A stretch of DNA of 32,265 nucleotides from a virus (Duplodnaviria; Heunggongvirae; Uroviricota; Caudoviricetes): IMG/VR virus record IMGVR_UViG_2651869694_000010; one strand, 5' to 3'. Of the stretch, positions 9,439 through 18,476 are shown one piece after another (within the stretch, counting starts at the first letter, position 1; every line of letters begins with the position of its first letter). Made by a program: the position numbers and the translations under genes. The notes beneath the pieces were generated by a model. It was not told the DNA's origin. It searched no databases and was given only the letters and a program-made list of their open reading frames with translations.

Positions 9439-11540
9439 TGCTGAATCAGGAAACCGCAAAGGCAGCACGAACCGATTCAGGTTATATCCTTCGCGCACCG
9501 AGACGAATGCGGGTTGCTGATGCCGTTGCTCAGTATATGCGGGTGCCCATGGGGGCCGGGAACTCAGTCCCGTGGGATCCGCTGGTGGCACCGTATGTTA
9601 TTGAGCCGATGAACTGCCTGGCCTCGCGTGAATACGACGCAGTGATATTTGTTGGCCCGGCACGAACCGGCAAGACTATCGGCCTGATTGACGGCTGGGT
9701 GATTTACAACGTGATTTGCGATCCTGCTGATATGCTGATCATTCAGATGACGGAGGAAAAAGCCCGCGAACACTCCAAAAAACGACTCGCCAGAACGTTT
9801 CGCGTCAGCCCGGAAGTGGTCAGTCGCCTGAGTCCGAACAAAAATGACAACAACGTTTATGACAGAACATTCCTTGCTGGCAACTACCTGAAAATCGGCT
9901 GGCCGTCAGTCAATATCATGTCTTCATCAGATTATAAATGCGTGGCGCTGACGGATTATGACCGTTTTCCGGAAGATATTGATGGTGAGGGGGATGCCTT
10001 CTCTCTTGCCTCAAAACGTACCACCACATTTATGTCCAGTGGTATGACGCTGGTGGAGAGTTCCCCCGGCAGGGATGTGAAGGATGTGAAATGGCGACGG
10101 ACTTCACCGCATGAGGCTCCACCAACCACGGGGATCCTGTCGCTCTATAACCGTGGCGATCGCCGTCGCTGGTACTGGCCCTGTCCACACTGTGGTGAGT
10201 ATTTTCAGCCCTGCGGCGATGTGGTTGCTGGTTTCCGTGATATTGCCGATCCTGTGCTGGCAAGTGAGGCGGCTTATATTCAGTGTCCTTCCTGTTCAGG
10301 ACGGATTTTGCCTGAACAAAAACGCGAGCTGAACGGACGTGGGGTCTGGTTACGGGATGGTGAATCCATCAATGCAGATGGCAGTCGTTATGGTGATCCC
10401 CGGCGTTCACGTATTGCGTCATTCTGGATGGAGGGTCCGGCAGCTGCTTATCAGACACTCTCGCAACTCGTTTACAAACTGCTTACTGCAGAACAGGAAT
10501 ACGAGACAACCGGAAGTGAAGAGACACTCAAGACGGTTATCAATACCGACTGGGGATTACCTTATCTTCCCCGCGCCAGCATGGAGCAACGAAAAAGTGA
10601 ATTGCTTGAGCAGCGGGCAGAGCCAGTTCCTTCCCGCAGTGTGCCGGATGGCGTTAATTTCCTTGTGGCGACAGTGGATGTGCAGGCGGGACGTCATCGC
10701 CGTTTTGTGGTTCAGGTAACGGGCTATGGCAGCCGTGGCGAACGCTGGATTATTGATCGTTACAACATCACGCAGTCATTGCGCGGTGACAGCGACGGGG
10801 AGAGCCAGCGAATTGATCCGGCCAGCTATCCGGAAGACTGGGATGTCCTGCTGACGGATGTTTTTCATAAAAGCTGGCCGCTGGCCTCCGATCCTTCTCA
10901 ACAAATGCGACTGATGGCAATGGCGGTGGACTCCGGCGGTGAAGACGGGGTCACTGATAATGCCTATAAATTCTGGCGTCGTTGCCGTCGTGATGGCCTT
11001 GGTAAACGTATTTACCTGTTTAAGGGTGACAGCATCCGGCGCGCAAAACTGATCAGCCGTACATTCCCTGATAACACCGGACGAACGGGCCGCCGGGCGC
11101 AGGCCGCAGGTGATGTGCCGCTCTGGCTTCTTCAGACGGATGCCCTGAAAGACCGGGTGAATAACGCGTTATGGCGTGACTCGCCAGGTCCCGGCTATGT
11201 GCATTTCCCTGACTGGCTGGGGAGCTGGTTTTACGACGAACTGACGTATGAAGAGCGGAGCAGTGACGGGAAATGGAGTAAGCCGGGTCGCGGTGCCAAC
11301 GAAGCTTTTGACCTGATGGTGTATGCCGAGGCTCTGGTCATTCTGCATGGATACGAAAAGATCCGCTGGCCGGATGCACCGGAGTGGGCGAGCCGGGAAA
11401 CCTGGCTGGAGTGTGTCCCGGACAGTACCGAACCGTCACCCACACCGGAACCGGTATCCACGCCTGTTAAAAAACAAAAACGGAAGAAAACAGTAACTGA
11501 CGATGTTAACCCCTGGCTGACTTCCGGAGGATGGTTATGA
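9438..11540 (+). CDS. A: terminase large subunit (lambda gpA-like)
   Basis: 700 aa with Walker A-like VGPARTGKT near the N-terminus; size and position match lambda gpA. Confidence 0.9.
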   Translation: MLNQETAKAARTDSGYILRAPRRMRVADAVAQYMRVPMGAGNSVPWDPLVAPYVIEPMNCLASREYDAVIFVGPARTGKTIGLIDGWVIYNVICDPADMLIIQMTEEKAREHSKKRLARTFRVSPEVVSRLSPNKNDNNVYDRTFLAGNYLKIGWPSVNIMSSSDYKCVALTDYDRFPEDIDGEGDAFSLASKRTTTFMSSGMTLVESSPGRDVKDVKWRRTSPHEAPPTTGILSLYNRGDRRRWYWPCPHCGEYFQPCGDVVAGFRDIADPVLASEAAYIQCPSCSGRILPEQKRELNGRGVWLRDGESINADGSRYGDPRRSRIASFWMEGPAAAYQTLSQLVYKLLTAEQEYETTGSEETLKTVINTDWGLPYLPRASMEQRKSELLEQRAEPVPSRSVPDGVNFLVATVDVQAGRHRRFVVQVTGYGSRGERWIIDRYNITQSLRGDSDGESQRIDPASYPEDWDVLLTDVFHKSWPLASDPSQQMRLMAMAVDSGGEDGVTDNAYKFWRRCRRDGLGKRIYLFKGDSIRRAKLISRTFPDNTGRTGRRAQAAGDVPLWLLQTDALKDRVNNALWRDSPGPGYVHFPDWLGSWFYDELTYEERSSDGKWSKPGRGANEAFDLMVYAEALVILHGYEKIRWPDAPEWASRETWLECVPDSTEPSPTPEPVSTPVKKQKRKKTVTDDVNPWLTSGGWL

Positions 11541-11749
11541 ACCAGAATGATATCGAAGCCATGATTCAGCGTTATACGGAAGCTGAAATGGCGGTGCTGG
11601 ACGGAAAATCCGTCACCTTTAATGGTCAGCAGATGACCATGGAAAACTTATCTGAGATCCGGCAGGGACGGCAGGAGTGGGAGCGCCGCCTTGCGGCTCT
11701 GATTACACGACGACGGGGGCATCCCGGGTACCGGCTGGCGAGGTTCTGA
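11537..11749 (+). CDS. W: head-tail joining protein W-like
   Basis: About 70 aa ending ...RRRGHPGYRL, similar to the lambda gpW C-terminus; ATG at 11537 with GGAGG 6 nt upstream; stop overlaps the portal start (ATGA). Confidence 0.75.
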   Translation: MNQNDIEAMIQRYTEAEMAVLDGKSVTFNGQQMTMENLSEIRQGRQEWERRLAALITRRRGHPGYRLARF

Positions 11750-13257
11750 TGGCAATTCTTGATGATGTGATTGGCGTTTTTTCACCAGGATGGAAAGCGG
11801 CAAGGCTGCGTTCCCGTGCGGTGATCCAGGCTTATGAGGCCGTAAAAACGACGCGGACACACAAAGCCCGGCGGGAAAACCGAACTGCCGACCAGTTAAG
11901 CCAGTACGGGGCCGTGTCGTTACGTGAGCAGGCCCGTTACCTTGATAACAACCACGATCTGGTTATTGGTGTATTTGACAAGCTGGAAGAACGGGTGGTG
12001 GGGAAAAACGGGATTATTGTCGAGCCACATCCGGTATTACGCAATGGGGCCATTGCCCGTGACCTGGCTGCGGAGATTCGCACCCGATGGAGTGAATGGT
12101 CTGTCAGCCCGGAAGTCACCGGGCAGTTTACCCGTCCGATGCTGGAACGTCTGATGCTGCGTACCTGGCTGCGCGATGGTGAGGTGTTTGCCCAGATGGT
12201 TTCCGGGCGCATAAACAGCCTGACGCCTTCTGCCGGTGTTCATTTCTGGTTGGAGGCGCTAGAGCCAGACTTTATTCCCATGACCAGTGATGAGAGCAAC
12301 AGGCTGAATCAGGGCGTGTTTGTTGATGACTGGGGGCGTCCCGAAAAATATCTGGTGTATAAAAGCCGTCCCGTATCCGGACGGCAGATGGAAACCAAAG
12401 AAGTGGATGCAGAGCGAATGCTGCATCTTAAATTTGTTCGCCGTCTGCACCAGATGCGCGGGACGTCTTTGTTGTCCGGTGTGCTGATCCGCCTCAGTGC
12501 CCTGAAAGAGTATGAAGATTCTGAGCTGACTGCAGCAAGGATCGCCGCTGCTCTGGGGATGTACATCCGCAAAGGCGACGGGCAGAGCTATGAACCGGAT
12601 GGTAATGGCAGCAAGGATAAGGAACGCGAGCTTACCATTCAGCCAGGCATTATTTACGACGATCTGAAACCCGGCGAAGAAATCGGAATGGTGAAGTCGG
12701 ATCGCCCCAATCCTAATCTTGAAACTTTTCGTAATGGTCAGTTGCGTGCAGTGGCGGCTGGCAGTCGTCTGAGTTTTTCCAGTACAGCGCGCAACTATAA
12801 CGGCACTTACAGCGCCCAGCGTCAGGAGCTGGTTGAATCCACTGATGGCTACCTGATCCTGCAGGACTGGTTTATTGGTGCCGTCACCCGCCCGATGTAC
12901 CGTGCCTGGCTGAAACAGGCTGTGGCATCCGGTGTTATCAGGCTACCCCGCGATCTTGACCGTTCTTCACTGTATACCGCGGTGTATTCCGGACCGGTGA
13001 TGCCGTGGATTGACCCTGTTAAGGAGGCTGAGGCCTGGAAAATCCAGATTCGTGGTGGAGCGGCGACAGAATCAGACTGGGTACGTGCTGGTGGTCGTAA
13101 TCCGGATGATGTCAAACGTCGGCGCAAGGCCGAAATTGATGAAAACCGCAAGCTGGATCTGGTATTTGATACCGATCCGGCCAGTGATAAAGGAGGTAGC
13201 AGTGCCGCAACGAAACGACAGGAGCCGCAGCACACCAACAACCAGTCCGAAGAATAA
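11749..13257 (+). CDS. B: portal protein (lambda gpB-like)
   Basis: 502 aa from ATG at 11749, in the canonical position after W. Confidence 0.9.
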   Translation: MAILDDVIGVFSPGWKAARLRSRAVIQAYEAVKTTRTHKARRENRTADQLSQYGAVSLREQARYLDNNHDLVIGVFDKLEERVVGKNGIIVEPHPVLRNGAIARDLAAEIRTRWSEWSVSPEVTGQFTRPMLERLMLRTWLRDGEVFAQMVSGRINSLTPSAGVHFWLEALEPDFIPMTSDESNRLNQGVFVDDWGRPEKYLVYKSRPVSGRQMETKEVDAERMLHLKFVRRLHQMRGTSLLSGVLIRLSALKEYEDSELTAARIAAALGMYIRKGDGQSYEPDGNGSKDKERELTIQPGIIYDDLKPGEEIGMVKSDRPNPNLETFRNGQLRAVAAGSRLSFSSTARNYNGTYSAQRQELVESTDGYLILQDWFIGAVTRPMYRAWLKQAVASGVIRLPRDLDRSSLYTAVYSGPVMPWIDPVKEAEAWKIQIRGGAATESDWVRAGGRNPDDVKRRRKAEIDENRKLDLVFDTDPASDKGGSSAATKRQEPQHTNNQSEE

Positions 13258-13270
13258 TTCCTGGTTCAGG

Positions 13271-15229
13271 ATGCAGGCTGGTCACCAGAGTGACGCGGAT
13301 ATTTATATTTATGACGAGATTGGTTTCTGGGGTGTTACGGCGAAGCAGTTTATCAGTGATCTGAATGCACTGGGCGATATCACCCACATTAATCTCCATA
13401 TCAATTCACCGGGTGGCGATGTCTTTGAAGGCATCGCCATTTTTAATGCACTGAAAACACATGGTGCGTCCATTACCGTTTATGTCGACGGAGTGGCGGC
13501 ATCAATGGCGTCGGTCATTGCGATGGTGGGAAACCCGGTCATTATGCCGGAAAACACTTTCATGATGATTCATAAACCATTTGGCTTTACGGGCGGTGAT
13601 GCGGAGGACATGCGCACCTATGCCGACCTGCTCGATAAAGTTGAGGCGGTTCTCTTACCCGCTTATGCACAGAAAACCGGGAAAACCACCGATGAAATTG
13701 CTGCCATGCTGGCGGATGAGACCTGGATGTCCGGAGCCGAATGTCTGGCTCATGGATTTGCTGACCAGGTGACGCCAGCGGTTAAGGCAATGGCATGTAT
13801 TCAGTCAAAACGTACAGAGGAATTTAAAAAGATGCCGGAATCTATTCGAAACATGATTACTCCGCCACGTAACAGTGCTCCACGCGTACCGGATGATGAA
13901 CCAGCAGCACCCCGGACGCCAGTGCAGGCAGCAGCACCCGTGGTGGATGAAAACAGCATCCGTGCGCAGGTACTGGCAGAGCAAAAAGCGCGTGTAAACG
14001 GTATTAATGATCTGTTTGCCATGTTTGGCGGGCGTTATCAGGCGCTGCAGGCTCAGTGCCTTGCCGATCCTGAGTGTTCGCTGGAGCAGGCCCGCGAGAA
14101 GCTGTTGAACGAGATGGGGCGAGAGTCCACGCCATCCAATAAAAATACCCCGGCTCATATTTATGCCGGTAACGGTAATTTTGTGGGGGACGGGATCCGC
14201 CAGGCGCTGATGGCGCGTGCCGGATTTGAAAAAACCGAACGTGATAATGTCTACAACGGGATGACCCTGCGTGAATATGCCCGTATGTCACTGACTGAAC
14301 GGGGTATTGGGGTTTCCAGTTATAACCCGATGCAGATGGTCGGTGCGGCGTTCACACACAGTACGTCTGACTTCGGTAATATTCTGCTGGATGTTGCGAA
14401 CAAAGCCATTCTGCAGGGCTGGGAAGATGCCCCTGAAACCTATGAACAGTGGACGCGGAAAGGTCAGTTGTCTGATTTTAAAATTGCCCATCGTGTGGGT
14501 ATGGGGGGCTTCAGTGCTCTGCGTCAGGTGCGTGAAGGGGCGGAATATAAATACGTCACCACCGGAGATAAACAGGCCACTATTGCACTGGCGACCTATG
14601 GCGAGCTGTTCAGTATCACCCGTCAGGCCATTATCAATGATGATCTGAATATGCTGACCGATGTCCCGATGAAACTGGGCCGTGCGGCGAAATCCACTAT
14701 TGCCGATCTGGTTTATGCCATTCTGACGTCTAACCCGAAAATCTCCACAGATAATGTAAGTCTGTTCGATAAAGCGAAACATGCAAACGTACTGGAGAGC
14801 GCTGCAATGGACGTGGCATCGCTGGATAAAGCCCGCCAGTTGATGCGCGTTCAGAAAGAGGGGGAGCGTCATCTGAATATTCGTCCTGCGTTCGTACTGG
14901 TACCGACGGCGATGGAGTCTGTTGCTAACCAGGTCATTCGCTCCTCAAGTGTCAAGGGGGCTGACATTAACGCCGGTATTATTAACCCGGTGAAAGATTT
15001 TGCGACCGTTATTGCAGAGCCTCGTCTTGATGATAACAGCCAGACCACCTTCTACCTGGCTGCGTCAAAAGGCTCCGATACGATTGAAGTGGCTTATCTC
15101 AACGGTGTGGATACGCCATATATTGATCAGATGGAGGGCTTCAGTGTGGATGGCGTGACAACGAAAGTGCGTATTGACGCCGGTGTCGCGCCAGTTGATC
15201 ACCGCGGTCTGGTGAAATGTACGGCGTAA
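13271..15229 (+). CDS. prohead protease-scaffold-major capsid fusion protein
   Basis: N-terminal ClpP-like (S14) protease region (INSPGGDVFEGIAIFNALK...ASMASVIAMVG...MIHKP), a Pro/Ala-rich linker, then an approximately 350-aa C-terminal capsid-like region. A single 652-aa ORF replaces lambda C, Nu3 and E. Confidence 0.75.
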   Translation: MQAGHQSDADIYIYDEIGFWGVTAKQFISDLNALGDITHINLHINSPGGDVFEGIAIFNALKTHGASITVYVDGVAASMASVIAMVGNPVIMPENTFMMIHKPFGFTGGDAEDMRTYADLLDKVEAVLLPAYAQKTGKTTDEIAAMLADETWMSGAECLAHGFADQVTPAVKAMACIQSKRTEEFKKMPESIRNMITPPRNSAPRVPDDEPAAPRTPVQAAAPVVDENSIRAQVLAEQKARVNGINDLFAMFGGRYQALQAQCLADPECSLEQAREKLLNEMGRESTPSNKNTPAHIYAGNGNFVGDGIRQALMARAGFEKTERDNVYNGMTLREYARMSLTERGIGVSSYNPMQMVGAAFTHSTSDFGNILLDVANKAILQGWEDAPETYEQWTRKGQLSDFKIAHRVGMGGFSALRQVREGAEYKYVTTGDKQATIALATYGELFSITRQAIINDDLNMLTDVPMKLGRAAKSTIADLVYAILTSNPKISTDNVSLFDKAKHANVLESAAMDVASLDKARQLMRVQKEGERHLNIRPAFVLVPTAMESVANQVIRSSSVKGADINAGIINPVKDFATVIAEPRLDDNSQTTFYLAASKGSDTIEVAYLNGVDTPYIDQMEGFSVDGVTTKVRIDAGVAPVDHRGLVKCTA

Positions 15230-15251
15230 ACGTCGCAGACAACAATTCTGA

Positions 15252-15271
15252 TGGCCCGTAAGGGCTTTTTT
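15252..15271 (+). terminator. candidate intrinsic terminator after the capsid gene
   Basis: GGCCC-GTAA-GGGCT hairpin followed by seven T; a second 7-bp hairpin (15283-15301) without a U-run follows. Confidence 0.45.
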
Positions 15272-15315
15272 TGTACCTGAAATCAGCCCCTGAACGGGGC
15301 TGTGCGGAGACAGTT

Positions 15316-15639
15316 ATGGCAAAGAATTTTGTAGAAGAAGGAAAAACGGTGGCGATTGTTGCCAGTGCAGCCATCAGCAGCGGAGACCTGGTGCAGGTGG
15401 GTGATGTTTTTGCGGTGGCGCTGACCGATATTCCACAGGGTGAAACAGGCGACGTCCTGACCGAAGGTGTGTTTATGCTGCCTAAGCTGAAAACGGATGA
15501 CATGAAAACGGGTAAGAAGGTTTATCTGAAGTCCGGAAAAGTTCAGCTGACTAACAGCGGCTCTGATCCGCTGGTCGGGGTTGTCTGGGCAGATGCCGGA
15601 ACCAGTGCAGAAGAAGTGCCGGTAAAACTCAATGTCTGA
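15316..15639 (+). CDS. DUF2190-like small head protein (possible decoration/cement protein)
   Basis: About 107 aa from ATG at 15316 (MAKNFVEEGKTVAIVASAAISSGDLVQVGDVFAVAL...); Gly/Val-rich beta-type protein directly after the capsid gene. Confidence 0.45.
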   Translation: MAKNFVEEGKTVAIVASAAISSGDLVQVGDVFAVALTDIPQGETGDVLTEGVFMLPKLKTDDMKTGKKVYLKSGKVQLTNSGSDPLVGVVWADAGTSAEEVPVKLNV

Positions 15640-15907
15640 TCCCTTTTCCCGGCTGGCAGCGCGTATGGATGCGATCACGGTCAGAAAGATGGGAAAGACA
15701 GCCTCGATTAATGATGTCGATATGACTGTGATCCCGGGAGAAACACTGGCAGAGCTGAATGCTCTGTCCGGACCTGCGGTCTCTCTGGTGGTGTTTTCTT
15801 CGGGATACCGCCCACGGCGCGGGGATCGCGTTGTTTATGACGGACAACATTGGACGGTCACACGGCATGAACGCTTTAACGGTAAGCCAATGATCTTTAT
15901 TGAGTAA
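15632..15907 (+). CDS. putative head completion / head-tail connector protein
   Basis: 91-aa ORF between the head genes and the Z-like gene; assignment by position only. Confidence 0.35.
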   Translation: MSDPFSRLAARMDAITVRKMGKTASINDVDMTVIPGETLAELNALSGPAVSLVVFSSGYRPRRGDRVVYDGQHWTVTRHERFNGKPMIFIE

Positions 15908-15918
15908 AGAGGTGTGGG

Positions 15919-16539
15919 ATGAAGGGGCTTGAGAATGCCATCCGCAATCTGAACAGCCTTGATACCCGTATGGTGCCACAGGCCAGCGCATGGGCGATAA
16001 ACCGTGTGGCACAGAAAGCGGTCTCGGTTGCCACCCGGCAGGTTGCCGGGAATACCGTTGCGGGAGATAACCAGGTGAAAGGGATACCCCTGAAACTGGT
16101 ACGTCAGCGTGTCCGGGTGTTTAAAGCCAGTCCGTCAGGAAAAATGACGGCCAGGATCCGCGTTAACCGGGGCAATCTGCCTGCCATTAAGCTGGGGACC
16201 GCCCGGGTCAGACTGACCCGGCGTGGTGGAAAACTGCAGTACCGTGGCAGCGTGCTGAAGGTGGGTAAATATCTTTTCCGGGATGCGTTTATTCAGCAAC
16301 TGGCGAATGGCCGCTGGCATGTTCTGAGGCGTCTTCCTGAAGCGCGTTTTGCAACAGGGCATGACCATCAGGGCAGGCCAAGAAAAAATCGTCTTCCTGT
16401 GGAGGTAGTGAAAATCCCGCTGTCCGGACCGCTGACACAGGCATTTGAAGATGCCCGCGACCGCATCATTGCTGCGGAAATGCCGAAACAGCTGGGGTAT
16501 GCACTGAAACAACAACTGAGGTTATGGCTGACCCGATGA
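15919..16539 (+). CDS. Z: minor tail / tail completion protein Z-like
   Basis: 206 aa immediately upstream of U; position-based with weak sequence recollection. Confidence 0.5.
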   Translation: MKGLENAIRNLNSLDTRMVPQASAWAINRVAQKAVSVATRQVAGNTVAGDNQVKGIPLKLVRQRVRVFKASPSGKMTARIRVNRGNLPAIKLGTARVRLTRRGGKLQYRGSVLKVGKYLFRDAFIQQLANGRWHVLRRLPEARFATGHDHQGRPRKNRLPVEVVKIPLSGPLTQAFEDARDRIIAAEMPKQLGYALKQQLRLWLTR

Positions 16540-16937
16540 ACCGACATACACAAATCCGCCAGGTCGTACTGGCACGCCTTCGGGAACAGTGTGGAGACAG
16601 CGCCACGTTTTTTGACGGGCTTCCGGCATTTGTTGATGCGCAGGAACTGCCTGCCGTGGCGGTGTGGCTGAGTGATGCTCTGTACACCGGAAAAATGACG
16701 GATGAAGATGACTGGCAGGCTGTTCTGCATATTGCTGTCTTCATCCGGGCACAGGCACCGGATTCAGAGCTGGATATGTGGATGGAGAGCACCATTTTCC
16801 CGGCCCTGAATGATGTACCGGCACTTTCCGGACTCATCGACACCCTGATCCCACTCGGTTTTAACTATCAACGTGATAATGAGATGGCCACCTGGGCGAT
16901 GGCGGAAATCACGTACCAGATCACGTACACGAATTAA
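16524..16937 (+). CDS. U: tail terminator protein U
   Basis: ATFFDGLPAFVDAQELPAVAVWLSDALYTG...DSELDMWMES...ITYQITY closely resembles lambda gpU as I recall it. Confidence 0.85.
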   Translation: MADPMNRHTQIRQVVLARLREQCGDSATFFDGLPAFVDAQELPAVAVWLSDALYTGKMTDEDDWQAVLHIAVFIRAQAPDSELDMWMESTIFPALNDVPALSGLIDTLIPLGFNYQRDNEMATWAMAEITYQITYTN

Positions 16938-16947
16938 GGAGGTGGCA

Positions 16948-17691
16948 ATGACCACACCAAATCCACTGGCAAAAACGAAAGGTGCGGGAACGACGTTCTG
17001 GATGTACACCGGCAAGGGCGATGCGTTTGCGAACCCTTTATCGGACACTGACTGGCTGCGTCTTGCGATGGTGAAGGATCTGCAGCCTGGCGAAATGACC
17101 GCTGATGCAGAAGATGACACTTATCTCGATGATGAAGATGCAGACTGGAAAACGACAACCCAGGGGCAGAAATCCGTCGGTGATACTTCGGCGACGCTGG
17201 CCTGGCGTCCGGGTGACAGCGGGCAGAAAAAACTGGTTCAGTTGTTCGACTCCGGTGAAGTCTGCGCGTTTCGTATCAAATATCCCAACGGTACTGTTGA
17301 TGTTTTCCGTGGCTGGCTGAGTTCACTGGGTAAAACCATTGCCTCAAAAGACGTGATGACCCGCACAGTGAAAATCAGCGGTGTGGGGCGTCCGTATCTG
17401 GCAGAAGAAGGCACTGAAACCGTGGGCGTTACCGGGCTGACGGTGGCACCGGCATCTGCCAGTGTAAAAGTGGGAGCAACCACCACGCTGACCTTTACAG
17501 TAAAACCTGACGGAGCCAGTGACAAAGCGATCAGTGTGCATTCGACAGATCCACAGACTGCCACTGTGACCCTGAACGGGCTTGTGGCCACGGTGAAAGG
17601 CGTGAAGCAGGGCAGTGTCAGCATTGTGGGCATGACCGCTGACGGGAATTTTGTGGCTGTGGCTGCGGTGACTGTCAGCGCCGCAGGTTAA
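16948..17691 (+). CDS. V: major tail protein V with C-terminal Ig-like domain
   Basis: ATG at 16948 with AAGGAGGTG upstream; MTTPNPLAKTKGAGTTFWMY...DDEDADWKTTTQGQKSVGDTSATLAWRPG closely resembles lambda gpV, including the C-terminal Ig-like region. Confidence 0.9.
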   Translation: MTTPNPLAKTKGAGTTFWMYTGKGDAFANPLSDTDWLRLAMVKDLQPGEMTADAEDDTYLDDEDADWKTTTQGQKSVGDTSATLAWRPGDSGQKKLVQLFDSGEVCAFRIKYPNGTVDVFRGWLSSLGKTIASKDVMTRTVKISGVGRPYLAEEGTETVGVTGLTVAPASASVKVGATTTLTFTVKPDGASDKAISVHSTDPQTATVTLNGLVATVKGVKQGSVSIVGMTADGNFVAVAAVTVSAAG

Positions 17692-17711
17692 CAGGACGAT
17701 ACTCATCATTT

Positions 17712-17735
17712 GCCCCGGTTATTCGGGGCTTTTTT
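17712..17735 (+). terminator. intrinsic terminator-like hairpin between V and G
   Basis: GCCCCG (17712-17717), loop GTTATT, CGGGGC (17724-17729), then six T (17730-17735). Confidence 0.5.
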
Positions 17736-17748
17736 GCAGGTGGAGAAC

Positions 17749-18138
17749 ATGATGTTTCTGAAACAGGACACGTTTAATTATGAAAAACAGTCCGTAGTGC
17801 TCAGTGAGCTGTCCGGGCTGCAGAGAATTGAATATCTGACGTTTGTTCAGCAGCGAACGGCAAAGTTTGATGCCGGGGAGGGAGAACTGCCGGAGGCTGA
17901 ACGACAGATTGCTTTTCTGCGGATGGGGATGGATATCAATGCCTGGCTGGTTTCCCGCTCACTGTGGAATGCGGAACAGTCTCAGGATGTTGAGACGCTT
18001 TACGCATCCGTTATTACAACATGGTCGTATGATGCCCTGGGTGCGGGGGCGGAGATGGTTCTGTCGCTGAGCGGTATGGGGGCCATTGATAATGCCGGGG
18101 ATTTGGAGCATGAGGTGCTGACGCCGGAAAAGTCCTGA
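17749..18138 (+). CDS. G: tail assembly chaperone G
   Basis: MMFLKQDTFNYEKQSVVLSELSGLQRIEYL resembles lambda gpG (MFLKTESFEHNGVTVTLSELSALQRIEHL as I recall it); start at 17749 or 17752. Confidence 0.85.
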   Translation: MMFLKQDTFNYEKQSVVLSELSGLQRIEYLTFVQQRTAKFDAGEGELPEAERQIAFLRMGMDINAWLVSRSLWNAEQSQDVETLYASVITTWSYDALGAGAEMVLSLSGMGAIDNAGDLEHEVLTPEKS

Positions 18139-18476
18139 CGCGGGAAATGCAGTTTGTCATGCGGCTTGCCCGGGAGTTCCGGCGGGCAGACTGGCGGCGG
18201 ATGCTGTCGGAAATGTCGGCCACTGAGCTTGGTGAGTGGGGCGATTATTTCCGGATGCAGAGCTTCAGTGATGTGTGGATGGATGCGCAGTTTGCCTCGC
18301 TGAAGGCATTGATCGTGAGAATGGTGTCCGGCAGCAGTGATGCTGCGGTGGCTGATTTCAGCCTTTTACCGGAAGAGAACGGGATACCGGAGCGAACGGA
18401 CGAAGAACTGATGCATCTTGGGGAAGGTATTTCCGGAGGTGTGCGTTATGGACCAGATAGCCAACCTGGTCATTGA
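18114..18476 (+). CDS. T: T-frame extension of G (G-T fusion by programmed -1 frameshift)
   Basis: The -1 frame is open only from 18114 (stops at 18087, 18090 and 18111) and continues to 18476, while G stops at 18136-18138; this reproduces the lambda G/G-T arrangement. The only candidate slip site is GAA AAG (18127-18132). Confidence 0.6.
   Translation, partial: GADAGKVLTREMQFVMRLAREFRRADWRRMLSEMSATELGEWGDYFRMQSFSDVWMDAQFASLKALIVRMVSGSSDAAVADFSLLPEENGIPERTDEELMHLGEGISGGVRYGPDSQPGH

Noticed and set aside
13010-13270. Upstream extension of the capsid fusion ORF overlapping the portal 3' end
   Set aside because: The listed start at 13010 overlaps about 250 nt of the portal gene; the ATG at 13271 just after the portal stop is the more plausible start, though I did not find a clear RBS.
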